Below the pieces are notes generated by a model, which was not told the DNA's origin, did no database searches, and worked only from the letters and a program-made list of their open reading frames with translations. DNA of 63,349 nt, counting the filler, from Octopus bimaculoides (taxonomy: Eukaryota), in the NCBI RefSeq assembly GCF_001194135.2. It is 5 parts of 5 records of this genome, joined end to end, with 100 filler letters (N's around TTAATTAATTAA, not from the genome) between each part and the next. Parts side by side here need not be neighbours in the genome. Positions count along the whole stretch, not along the records: positions 1 to 11,974 come from NC_068989.1; positions 12,075 to 36,107 come from NC_068983.1; 3 more parts are not named here. One strand, given 5' to 3'. A program made the translations under genes and the position numbers. Below, piece by piece: positions 1 through 12,699 of the stretch (within the stretch, counting starts at the first letter, position 1; the number at the start of each line of letters is the position of its first letter).

Positions 1-1034
1 ATATATATATATATATATACATATATACACACACACACACATATATATATATATGTATCTATATAAACTTTATTAATAAAGCTGCAAAGACATTACAAGA
101 ACTGTTCCTCAGAATTTCACGTTCCCCTTAGTCCCACGAACGGTCACGTGAAACTTTGAGTAACAGTTTTTGTGATGTTTTTGCTGCTTTATACCTCCGG
201 TATTTGAGTACTATTTTCTACACCTTGTTTCACATTTATGTGATTACTCTCTTATATATTGTGAATTTCATAGAAGAAAAGCACGTTATACATATATACA
301 TACATGCATACATGCATGCAAACACACACACACACACACACATATATACATACATACATACATACATATATATATATATATATTTATATAAATAAGGATA
401 AGATCGATATTTAAAATATTGATCCTATCAAGTGGTCAGCATGGGAATAAAAACCATCAAAGGTAATAATTATTTAAAATTATAATACAGGGTATCAAGA
501 GATACCACCACGCTGAAAAAATAGCAGTCAAATCCTGACTCTAAAACCACAATAAATGTTCGCATGGCACGAGTAGCGAAGACGAAGACCAAATAAACCA
601 GTAAAAATAATAAGATAATTATCTTATTATTTATATCTTATTATTTATATCNNNNNNNNNNNNNNNNNNNNNNNNNNNNNNNNNNNNNNNNNNNNNNNNN
701 NNNNNNNNNNNNNNNNNNNNNNNNNNNNNNNNNNNNNNNNNNNNNNNNNNNNNNNNNNNNNNNNNNNNNNNNNNNNNNNNNNNNNNNNNNNNNNNNNNNN
801 NNNNNNNNNNNNNNNNNNNNNNNNNNNNNNNNNNNNNNNNNNNNNNNNNNNNNNNNNNNNNNNNNNNNNNNNNNNNNNNNNNNNNNNNNNNNNNNNNNNN
901 NNNNNNNNNNNNNNNNNNNNNNNNNNNNNNNNNNNNNNNNNNNNNNNNNNNNNNNNNNNNNNNNNNNNNNNNNNNNNNNNNNNNNNNNNNNNNNNNNNNN
1001 NNNNNNNNNNNNNNNNNNNNNNNNNNNNNNNNNN

Positions 1035-1071
<37 letters not shown>

Positions 1072-3184
1072 ACATATCGAAATAGATTAACTTCAAAATT
1101 GAATAATTTTCCCATTTATAGAACCAGATATATTTGGATATGTTCCGTAATATTTACTGCATAAACTACATTCGTCGAAATGAAAGACATAGAAAATCAT
1201 TTCATGACATCATTGGAATAAGGTCACTATTAAAACAATAGAGTGCAAAAATGTAATTTTATGCTGAAAGGAGTTGCTTTTCTGCATTTTATGTTTTAAA
1301 TGTAATTATTTCAATTAAACTGAAGAAAAATAAAAATAAAATTAGCAGTAAATTAAATTGAAAATAACGTATTGTTTAAAAGGTTAATCTTTCGAATAAT
1401 TTATAGATTTTCAATTTACGAACTTTTCAAGCCATCAGGGAAAAAATACATTTTATACTATCGATTATGTTCTTGACTGTTTTTGTACTCTAATTGTATT
1501 TCATTTTGATTTATTTCCTTTTTTTAAAAATTGAATTATATTAAGTTTTGCATGACACTTTCATGAAAATTGAGGCCTATGTAAACTGACGCCAACGCTA
1601 TCCAGACGTTGATGAAGGTATGGAACCAAACTGTCTATAAATATTTCAATATTATATTGCATTTGTCACAGAAAATGTAATATATTTTTTCTAGTGTCAA
1701 GTCAGGCGCATGTATGCAACTATTTCGATATTTGTTGCGATAGTTTCCAACAATTTCCGGAATTTTAATGTCAAGACTTGAAGGCAAATGGTGATTGCCG
1801 CACTTCAATTTCGACTACCTGCTTTGGCAGAATCCAAGCAATATCTTCCAAAGTGAACTGTAATATATTGGCAATTTCTTAACTAGTTTCTGTATTTTAG
1901 ATTAGATTCGGTAGGGCGTGAATTTCTTTCTATAGTTCTGAGAGTTTCTTCAATGATTAAATTGCTAAGGAAGAAAGCTATATTCAAAATCCCATTCTAT
2001 GAGAATGAGGCCCTATAGAGATAGATTTTCTCTACGTTCTTTTTGTATCGTATATTAGTTAGTGAGTATAGAGGCAGAAACATGACAGGCACAACATATA
2101 AAACATATAAAAGTGACAGGCACGACCACAAAAAATATAAAAGAAAGCCAGTAACGTGCTGATATATATATATAACTTTGTAAAAGTATATATTGAAGTA
2201 TTTTCCAAATTTCTAATCAGTAACACTATTGTAGTTGTTATACATTTTCATATTTCATCTTACAATGCGACTGACAAAAATATGTAAGCGCTTATAATTT
2301 GGGATATTAAACCTGTTTTGACTTCCGAAATGTTTATTACATGAAATGAATAAAGGACTGACAAAAGAAAAGTGAATTGAGGTTTTAAGAGTCATGAAGT
2401 TATGAAGAGGATGATGGAGAACAACATTATGTATTCAATATGCGTGTTGCAGTGCATTTGATAACGGAAAGGTAGACGTAAATGTTAAATAAAGATGAAC
2501 GAATGTACGCAACCCCAAGTGTTAATGTTCATACGTTGTAGCGCGGATGACGCAGTATCATTTACCTAAGCGACTTATATGCATCTCTGTGTTTGAGGAG
2601 ACATACAAATGTAAAAATGTGTGTTGAGGTGACATGTTAAACTACTGAGAAAATAAATTTTTCAATTTTAAAAGTTTAGACTTATGCTACTAATGATTAT
2701 ATGAGAGGTATTATAAAAGTAGAAATCGCGTGATTGTAACTACTGAGTACGTAAAGAACTATACATTCATTTAGTCAATTATAAAAGCACTAAGTATTCA
2801 AGGTTTTGTTCTATTCTATTAATCATATTCGCATCAGTATATGTTGTGAAGCACAGATTTGTGAAAAAGGCGTATTCAATAGAAATTACTCTGGTCAACA
2901 AGTATTTTTCATCAAGCATATGTCAAGGTATTATTAGTGTAGTTTTGAATACTGATTTCAAATATACTATTTTACATCACGTACAGTTTTCAAGATGAAA
3001 AAGTTTTTTGGTTTTATCTCATTCATTATATAGAAATACCAATTGATGACGTATATGCATGTATTTCATTTACATCATGGAAACATACCTTTAAAATAAA
3101 CTATATTATTCACTGCAACATAGTTCAGATGCAATATTTCATCATCTTAAATTAACCTATCAAGTTTTCTCTGACATTGTTAAC

Positions 3185-4305
3185 AATATCAGGAGTGTAG
3201 CAATCGTGCTGATGTGTTTTGTTGTCTATGGACGATTTATTTATGAAAGCTCAAAAATGTAAATTCAAGATTTATAAGCTATACTTTGAGTGTCCTCTTT
3301 AAAATCGGAACAAATTATGGGCAGCACAATTTATCTGCTCAGCTTGCTCAAATGGCTTATGTGACTATTTCAATTAGAAGTCCATACCTTTTGCCATTCT
3401 AATAGAGGTAACCGAAAGACCATTTTAATACCTTATTTTTGCAAAGAAAATGTCACAGGGTTTTCTATGAAGAATAAACACAAAAATTTGTATCCCAATT
3501 TGGATTCTGCAATGAAACCTCTACTTCACAATAGAATCCTGGTAGTTCCAGTTCCATCAGATGATGATGCTGACTGTCGCGATAGTGATGCTGAGGAAGA
3601 TTACGTGGCTGATGATAATAGCTTTGAACCTCAGATATTTTCCCAAGCTAAACTAAATGAACTTGTCAGAGACCTATGCCTCTCAAAAGATAAAGCAGAA
3701 CTGTTGGTATCAAGACTGAAGGAGAAGTTTCTTCTAGTGCATGGAGTTCATATAACTTATTTTCAGCAGAGAAATGTGGTTCTACAAACGTGTTTTTGTG
3801 TTGAAGGTCCGCTTTGCATTTGCAGTAATATCGATGAACTTTTCGAATGTCTATCACAAAATCATGTTCCTACAGTATGGCGTTTCTTTCTTGGCTGTTT
3901 AAAATGACGTTTGAAATCTGTATACCACTATAATGGTAATTTGAAGCACTCCATTCCTATTACACACTCCGTTCATCCTTATGAATCGTATGATAATTTG
4001 GAACTTTTACTTCATGCCATTGCCTTTGAAAGATACACATGGTAAACATATGAAGATTTAAAAGTCATTGCTATGTTAATACGAATGCAGTCAGGTTTCA
4101 CAAAATACTGTTGTTGCTTGTGTCTATGGGATAGTCGGGCAAACCCAGACATTATTCGGAATCAAACCGGCAGACAAGAGCATCATACCAACCAGGTCTA
4201 TCGTCAAGAATCCACGTCTTGTAGATCCATGTAATGCCGTATCGCCTCCTTTGAACATAAAGCTTTGTTGGACTGATGAAACAGTTTATGGAGACACTAG
4301 GGAAG
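3185..4305 (+). mobile_element. Decayed DNA transposase, CMC/Chapaev3-like
   Basis: Ordered motifs across broken frames: WAAQFICSAC, YFCKENVTGFSMKNKHKNLYPNLDSA, PQIFSQAKLNELVRDLCLSKDKAELLVSRLKEK, YNGN, QSGFTKYCCCLCLWDSRA, PPLNIKL-GLMKQF; stops and frameshifts; TIRs not found; family name from recall. Confidence 0.75.
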
Positions 4306-4562
4306 AGAAATACCAGAGGGTTTGAGTTTAGGAAACGGATGAAGCTGGCTAAGGAAGGGAAGTTTACAATATGGGCAATTGCTAGTATTTCCCCAAATCA
4401 ACTTTCAGATGTACACATTTAATCAATTTTGATCAACGTGAGTCACCTACCTACCTACCTACCTACCTACCTTCCTATCTACCAATTTATATATCTGCCT
4501 GCCTGCCTGCCTGTCTGTCTGTCTGTATGTATGTCTGTCTGTTTGTATGTCTGTCTGTCTGT

Positions 4563-5830
4563 AGGTTCTTGGCTTGGCTTCGTGAACCAAGCATAAGAAG
4601 GGGCTGGTCCTCGTTGATTGCAGGCAAGTGCGTGACTGGGAGGGTCAATGCCGGACAGGCAGTTGAAGGTCTAATCATCTGGTCAGTTTTTTTATAACAT
4701 GCTGTTGTGGTTCTTTCTGCACCTTTCCTCCTTCAAAACGGCCCCGCATGTATTTCGAAGGCGGAAATAACACAATTGATACTGGGAGGCCAGTTCTCAC
4801 CGTCCTCGACTCAGGTGGACAACTAGGGATTTTATCAAAGTTAATCTATTTTTAGTGGCTCTTTGTTGCAATGGCCTGTGGAGAGTTCACAGTACAGCGT
4901 AATCTTGGACTGGCGATGATCCATCAACCTGGAGACATGTCTTGAATTGCGTAGGTGGGACTTCAGCAGCATGGCCTCGATACTGGTGACCTCTGTATCG
5001 AGCTTCAACATTGGTGACGAAGTAACTCCAGTGGATTTTGGGGATGCTGCGGAGGCAGCGCTGGAGAAAGTGCTCTCGGAGCTGTAGATGGTGGTGATAA
5101 TTGATTCGCGACTCTGAGCTATGGAGGAGGGTCGTAAGAACAATGGCATCGTACACGATACAATTGGTGACCTTTTCCGGTGTTTGTTGTTTCTCATGCG
5201 CTTGTACATTCTGTCAAATGTACTGTTTACCTTTGCTAGCCTGCAGTTGATTTCCCTGTCGATCTTATCAGCTAACGTGATGGTACACTCCAGGTAGGTG
5301 AACCGATGGATCATTTCCAATTCACTCTCGCCTATGCTAATATGGCAAGGGCAGTACTCTCCCTGAGGTGCAAAGTGCTGGTGTAACTCTGTATTCTTTA
5401 AGCTGACTTCTAGCCCAAAGAGCCGGACAATCTCTGTGACACGAGGTGATGCGCTGCAAGGCTCTTTCTGTGTCGGCAACATATGCAGCAGCATCGGTAA
5501 AGAAAGTATCTCGTATCCGTTTGTCTAGGTACTTCCTATGAACGTGTAGTCGTCGGATATTAAACAGGTTGCCATCAAGATGGTATGTGTTGTAAACTCC
5601 GCTCTAACCATCAAGATCTTTTGTGGCCTGCTGATGCATTACGAAAAATGAAGAATCAGCGCCAGACCGCAGCGGTGCCGCACTCCGTTGATATTCAGGA
5701 TTGGCTCTGAGAAGTCACTGTTGAGTTTTGTGCAGCAGGATGATCATGATCTGAAACGTTAGAGGACAGCCGATTGGTTCCAAGTTCTGCCATATTCCTT
5801 TTCTCATTCCTGCTCAGTGTCGAATACTTT
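4563..5830 (-). mobile_element. 5'-truncated RTE (BovB-like) LINE, RT C-terminal half plus 3' end
   Basis: FGLEVSLKNTE, RFTYLECTI, EINCRLAKVNSTF, VTSIEAMLLKSHLR, ITLYCELSTG; GCCAA-repeat tail (cgaagccaagccaag on - strand). Confidence 0.9.
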
Positions 5831-5849
5831 GCTATATATATATATACAG

Positions 5850-6205
5850 AGAGAGGTGAAATGGAGGCGATTAGTTGTGTTAGAGATGAGATGTTTGAGG
5901 GCTATGGTTGGTGTGACACAGAAGGACAGCATGAGGAATGAGGAGGTGCGAAGGTGAGAAGGAATCAGAGAAAATCTATGTACGAGGATGGATAGACGAA
6001 TGTTGAGGCGGTTTGGCCACCTGTATGAGGAGCGATGGTAAGGAGGGTGATGAAGGCAGAAGTGTTAGCAGCAGAACCAGAGGCAGACCGGTTTGTGTGG
6101 AAGAATGGAGTGAGGAAAGCTTTGGTGGTTAGAGGTGTGGGAGTGAGATAGGCAAGAATGATTATAAATGATAGGAAATCTTGGAGAGTGTTTGTGGACT
6201 GATGA
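5850..6205 (+). mobile_element. RTE-type LINE 3' fragment (different family)
   Basis: LEMRCLRAMVGVTQKDSMRNEEVRR...LRRFGHL, typical RTE post-RT region. Confidence 0.75.
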
Positions 6206-7822
6206 GTGAACTGATGTTGCCAATGGAAGTGAATATACAATCAAAAGTCCTGGGAAAACACTTATCATAAATCTATGCGAATTTACAGTTCTTGTAACCT
6301 GCAAATAAATTCTTATTTGTACTTATCATAGACGCATTAGGTAGCAAAAGAAAAAAAATCGAAATACTAGGTCTTTTCGAAGGAGTAAAAGAATCTGATG
6401 CTGATCCTCCAAATAAAATCTATTGGTGGCAGAGTGAAAATTTGTAAGACATTCCAAAGATTCTCCATCTGAATAGACAAGCTCACTTGCATATGTGGGT
6501 CGACAGCTGAACCAACACATCATCTCTACTCTCTTAAATCAAAATGTCTTCTTGCCTTGAACTCTCTTCAGATCTTAAATAGAACAAAAACCAACAAACA
6601 CGCACACATACAACCAAACACCCATCCACCTACACACACACACACATACATGCGTACATATAGATATATAGATATACACACATATACATACATATACATA
6701 CATGCATATACATATACATACATACATAATATAGATAGATAGATATACACACAAATATATACAGGCATGCATAGATACATACACACAAGTATACATATAT
6801 GGCTTTGTATGTACGTGCATATACAAATATGATACACACATATGTTTGCATATCCTTGTATGCATATATATATGAATGTGTGAGAGTGGCAGCATGTATG
6901 GTTGTTTGCCTATATGTATATTTATTTACCCATACAGCGTAAGATATAAAGATGGACACAGCGATAAATAAAGTGTAGCTTATGTTATGAAACAGTCTGA
7001 ACGATGAGCTTCTTTTTGCTCATTTATATAACGTTAAAAACAGCAGTGTTTATTAAATTGCAAGAATCTTGTATCTATTCAATTTATTTTCGGAAAATTG
7101 TGAATTAATAAATGTATATACATGAATTTGATATACTTGAATACAGACCTGTGCAAAGACACACAACCAACAAATCACTGTGAAACAGCGTGAATATCTA
7201 TGTTAGTAGGTCGTCAGATCATTGCCGACATATCAGGCGTGTTTATTCGATAGATTTTGTACATATATTAATAGATTACAACTCATATCCGATGAGGAAA
7301 AACATCATTTACTTGTCCGATATTGTGGTGCGGCGAGGTTTCCAATATGTGAATCTATTTGCGTGTTTAGTATATTTATATATGAAGATTAATTAACAAC
7401 TTATGAAAAGCGCGGAGGGTTCTGATGATTTGACAGACATACAAGGCACCTAGTACTTTCAAATCAGATGTATTTATATACATACATTAGCAAATATACA
7501 TTAATGACACCCTGTTCCACATATATACATATACATTATTGCTGTCGCTAAGCAATAATTAATCGTAAAGCAAATAGCATCATGAGTGATGTCCAAGCTA
7601 CAGTGGAGAAAGTAAGCCACTGGATTTCGTTAAAAAGAGACGGTGAACAATAGCTAGAAGAATATTGTGCGAAACCTAGGAACCTGTAGATCTCGGAAAC
7701 GTGGCTCCCTAGATCACTGACGCTGTTGAGATGTCGAGACGAATGCTCGGAAACGATGTGCTTTCTCTCCTGATGACTACATATGTTTGGCAGAATCCGG
7801 TATGCTGACTTTCAACTGGTAG

Positions 7823-7862
<40 letters not shown>

Positions 7863-8096
7863 TTATGTATACATATGTATATAGTCGAGCATCTTCATAT
7901 TATTTATAGAAACGAGTACTATGTAAATCTAAATTTCATGATTTAATAGAATTTTAGATAAATTTTGTATGCTACAATTTTTTTGTTGTTTATACAGGCT
8001 TATGGCGGTGGGTAGTGTGATTAAGAATGTCAATAAATTATACATTGACCAAGCAAAGCGATAGCTTATTTCGATTTTTCTTGTCCCACGAAGTCT

Positions 8097-8190
8097 ATGG
8101 CTTTGTGCCAATGTTTTCAAATCATAATTATTTATGCAACCTTGTCTATAATTCTCGTATTCTCCCATCGAGACAGTACTTTGATTTTGT
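8097..8190 (+). CDS. Candidate first coding exon of an unknown secreted/membrane protein (signal-peptide-like): MALCQCFQIIIIYATLSIILVFSHRDSTLIL
   Basis: ATG, ~15-residue hydrophobic core, perfect t|gtaagt donor in phase 1; no homology recognised. Confidence 0.4.
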
Positions 8191-9593
8191 GTAAGTGGTT
8201 AGAATTTAGAAGTTGTGTTAGAAGCTATTCGAAATTATATTTCCTGTGTAGATTAGATATTTATTTATATTGCATCCATGATTAAAACGTCCCCCTGAAA
8301 TCGATTCATTGGAAAGTAAATCTATATCTGCAGTGTAGATATAGAGTGAGCAAAATTTCATTTAATTTCTAGAACAGCTTAATTTACACATACATTAAAT
8401 TACAAAAACACACACGCGTACGCAAGAACACACACGAGCACAAGCATATACATACTTGCGCAATTACATACACAAACTCACGCACACACACACACACACA
8501 AGCACACATACACACGCTCACGCTGACACCTACACAACCTCAAAGATCTCACAAACGTATGCGCATAACCACATATTTATGTATATATATATATATATAT
8601 ATNNNNNNNNNNNNNNNNNNNNNNNNNNNNNNNNNNNNNNNNNNNNNNNNNNNNNNNNNNNNNNNNNNNNNNNNNNNNNNNNNNNNNNNNNNNNNNNNNN
8701 NNNNNNNNNNNNNNNNNNNNNNNNNNNNNNNNNNNNNNNNNNNNNNNNNNNNNNNNNNNNNNNNNNNNNNNNNNNNNNNNNNNNNNNNNNNNNNNNNNNN
8801 NNNNNNNNNNNNNNNNNNNNNNNNNNNNNNNNNNNNNNNNNNNNNNNNNNNNNNNNNNNNNNNNNNNNNNNNNNNNNNNNNNNNNNNNNNNNNNNNNNNN
8901 NNNNNNNNNNNNNNNNNNNNNNNNNNNNNNNNNNNNNNNNNNNNNNNNNNNNNNNNNNNNNNNNNNNNNNNNNNNNNNNNNNNNNNNNNNNNNNNNNNNN
9001 NNNNNNNNNNNNNNNNNNNNNNNNNNNNNNNNNNNNNNNNNNNNNNNNNNNNNNNNNNNNNNNNNNNNNNNNNNNNNNNNNNNNNNNNNNNNNNNNNNNN
9101 NNNNNNNNNNNNNNNNNNNNNNNNNNNNNNNNNNNNNNNNNNNNNNNNNNNNNNNNNNNNNNNNNNNNNNNNNNNNNNNNNNNNNNNNNNNNNNNNNNNN
9201 NNNNNNNNNNNNNNNNNNNNNNNNNNNNNNNNNNNNNNNNNNNNNNNNNNNNNNNNNNNNNNNNNNNNNNNNNNNNNNNNNNNNNNNNNNNNNNNNNNNN
9301 NNNNNNNNNNNNNNNNNNNNNNNNNNNNNNNNNNNNNNNNNNNNNNNNNNNNNNNNNNNNNNNNNNNNNNNNNNNNNNNNNNNNNNNNNNNNNNNNNNNN
9401 NNNNNNNNNNNNNNNNNNNNNNNNNNNNNNNNNNNNNNNNNNNNNNNNNNNNNNNNNNNNNNNNNNNNNNNNNNNNNNNNNNNNNNNNNNNNNNNNNNNN
9501 NNNNNNNNNNNNNNNNNNNNNNNNNNNNNNNNNNNNNNNNNNNNNNNNNNNNNNNNNNNNNNNNNNNNNNNNNNNNNNNNNNNNNNNNNNNNN

Positions 9594-10066
9594 NTGTGTG
9601 TGTGTGTGTGTGTGTATGTGTGTGTGTGTGTGTGGGTGGGTGTGTGCATGTGACCCTCTCTCTCTCTCTCTCGCTTATCTACTAAAACGATATACATATA
9701 CACACACACATACATATATATGTACGTAGGTATGCACGTACATCCATACATACGTACGTAGGTATGTATGTACATACATACATACGTACGTACGTACATC
9801 CATACATACGTACGTCGGTACCTACTTACTTCCATACATACGTACGTAGGTACGTACTTACATCCATACATACGTACGTAGGTACATACGTACGTACATA
9901 CATAGTACGTACATACATAGTTCGTAGGTACGTACGCCCATCCATACATGTTACGTAGGCAGGTACATACATCCATGCATACGTACGTAGGTACGTACGT
10001 AGGTATGTACATATGTATGTACGTATGTACGTATGTACGTATGTACGTATGTATATATATATATAN
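9594..10066. repeat. Compound microsatellite (TG)n, (CT)n and (TACG/TACA/TAGG)n
   Basis: Direct reading. Confidence 0.95.
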
Positions 10067-10139
10067 NNNNNNNNNNNNNATATATTTATTTATTTCTACT
10101 TTATAATTTTCACTACATTAGTTAGATTCCATATATTAG

Positions 10140-10211
10140 GCAACGATGATAATAAAATTATGCCCGGGAATGAATCATCAATGTCATTTATAAACTCAAC
10201 AACTGAGATAG
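10140..10211 (+). CDS. Candidate second exon (72 nt, phase 1-1): (C)NDDNKIMPGNESSMSFINSTTEI
   Basis: tattag| acceptor, ag|gttaat donor; phase fits 8097-8190; two N-x-S/T sequons. Confidence 0.33.
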
Positions 10212-11174
10212 GTTAATTATTATCACGAAGGTAGCATTCTTATGGAACTGAAATTTGCAGGCTCATAAGGATTTTATAGACCCCATATTTTGAATAAGAT
10301 ATTTTCTGCACTAATAGTTGAACTTATATAGATGCTGCAGAATTAATATGAAGAAAGAGGAAGTGGGTTTATTGTAGAAAGATTTAATAATGTTAACAGA
10401 GAAAATAAGACTACGTAACACATTAATCTTATTATACCGAATGGTTTATCCATCGCCACGTTCTGCATACAAAGATTATTCTATGCCTGAGGCTTGATAC
10501 AGAACTATTTTATAAATATGAAATTTATTATAAACAATTGTGTTGCATGATTTAATTTCTAACATTAATAAGAAAATGTGATGAGTGACTTCATTTTAAG
10601 GCACTGCCTTTTATTATTACATGAATGAATAGCAGCAATGAACGAAGAAAAGGTTTACTGAAAAGAAGTGTCTTAATCTTTTAATATCCCAAAGCATAAG
10701 AATAGAAAACATGAAATTCTTGACAGTACCTTGTATTCAGTTTAAATATGAATATAAACGGGAAAAGAAAAGTTTCTAAATTTAATTTCCTATAATTTTT
10801 CCAAAGTCTAAAAATAGCATAAAATCCCAAAGAAAAATTTAATTTTGCTATTCTGCATATAAAATCATTAAAGGTTCCATCAAAAATTATATGCTCAAGG
10901 GACTGTAATTAATAAACTGCGTTAATCGTGATAATCACCGTTTGATGGAAATTACTAGGTGTACACGTTAGTATACAGAAATGAAGTATACTTGAACAAA
11001 AATGTCCGATCTGCATTTTATATTGAAACTGATTAAATTCAAAAGAAAATTAAATTTGAAGGAAAGCAACTGCTTTCTTGGAGTATACTTAGTAAAACTT
11101 ATAGGAATACGCTGCATATGATGAACATCAAGATGTCTGCCTTGGGTGTAGGATCATCATATTGCAATGGAAGT

Positions 11175-11457
11175 TTTAAAACCTAGCCAGGCTCATGGGC
11201 CCGGTTTTCCGGTTTCTATGGCGTATATGTTCCCCACCAGCTGGACGGGACGCCAGTCCATCGCAGCTTACTCAAGAAACAGAAAGAAAGGGTGAGAAAA
11301 AGTTGGGTCGAAAGAGTACAACAGGGGTCGCCACCACTTCTTACCGGAGCTTCGTGTGATTTCACTCAATAAACACACACAACGCCCGATCTGGGAATTG
11401 AAACCGCGATCCGGCGACCGCATGTCCGCTGCCCTAACCACTGGGCCATTGCGACTC
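11175..11457 (-). mobile_element. tRNA-derived SINE (Meta-domain-like 3' part)
   Basis: - strand head gagtcgcaatggcccagtggttagggc (A box) ... ggtttcaattccc (B box); body ctgcgatggactggcgtcccgtccag. Confidence 0.8.
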
Positions 11458-11855
11458 GAACTGTTTATATACGTATTGTAATTTATAATTTATTGCCAAG
11501 TGCTATATATTTATTTATTTCTGAATGTAAAGCTTCATCATAGAAAACCTAAATCCTTATTTTGTAGTAACCAAAACTTCTAACTATGTAGCAAGTTATA
11601 ACAATCTTCAATGGATATACGCAAAATAGATTTGACATTACGTTGATTAATCCGGTAATTAGTCCGGCTGATGAATATCATCAAGTAACAGCGAAAGCAT
11701 GTTATTTTTACTTTTTCTAATGGTTTCATTCAGAGAAATATATTATTACAAAATATTTCATTGGAAATTTACGTGCTTTAATGTTTAATTCAATAAATTT
11801 TGGATTAATTGGAAATATTATCACATGTGCACTCTCTCAAAAGAAAAGATCTCTC

Positions 11856-11910
<55 letters not shown>

Positions 11911-11912
11911 TG

Positions 11913-11974
<62 letters not shown>
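11856..11974. repeat. (AAT)n microsatellite ending at a gap
   Basis: Direct reading. Confidence 0.97.
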
Positions 11975-12018
11975 NNNNNNNNNNNNNNNNNNNNNNNNNN
12001 NNNNNNNNNNNNNNNNNN

Positions 12019-12030
12019 TTAATTAATTAA
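12019..12030. other. Artificial scaffold spacer TTAATTAATTAA inside 44N+12+44N; same at 36152-36163, 41492-41503, 58476-58487
   Basis: Four identical 100-bp constructs; palindromic with TAA stops in all six frames. Confidence 0.95.
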
Positions 12031-12654
12031 NNNNNNNNNNNNNNNNNNNNNNNNNNNNNNNNNNNNNNNNNNNNGATATTTCTTCTTCAATAAGACTGTC
12101 GATTGCTTCATATTTGGTTTTATAACAGGATTGTTTAGACAGGGTGATAGAAATGTCGGTCCTGAATTTTGTTAATGCGAGATCCCATCGGAGTTTTGTT
12201 TCTTCCTCTGGTTCTCCTCTAATTTCTTTAATTAGGTACTTCCGAGGAAGTATGGGTGCCGTTAAGGAAATCCATTCTGAGTGTGTTTCGGCATATTTTT
12301 CGCATTTATATGCTTTCCAGAAGTTTTGTTTTCTTATATTGAGAGATTTCTTCCATGTCTGCCAAATTTCTTTTCTTTTTCGGTGGGCTTCATTTTCCAG
12401 ATTTCTTTCATTTATTTATATATATATATCTACGTTTATATATATATACATAGATACATGCCTCTACGTATACATACATTACAACCTGCGTGCATGTGTG
12501 TCACTGAAGCCATTCATACATACATACATAACCCCCCTCTCTCTCTCTCTCTCACACTCTTTCTCTGTTAATCACTCACATGTTCACTCACTCACACGTT
12601 CACTCACTACCAAAAATGAATAAAAAAATTTCAGTTATCTCTCTCTCTCTCTCA

Positions 12655-12699
<45 letters not shown>

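Noticed and set aside
1600-1640. Hammerhead-like TTGATGA-AGGT…ACC-AAAC-TGTC
   Set aside because: Missing C3 and G12, no stem I pairing; at most a fossil. The CTGATGA hits near 11668 and 17408 and the CTGATGG on the - strand near 1435 likewise lack proper stems
7548-7811. ~87-codon stop-free minus-strand frame ending in a hydrophobic stretch
   Set aside because: No start codon or credible acceptor; overlaps the + strand candidate; no recognisable homology
12019-12030. Recurrent palindrome TTAATTAATTAA (4 copies) as a biological motif
   Set aside because: Always centred in 44N+12+44N and gives stops in six frames; an assembly spacer
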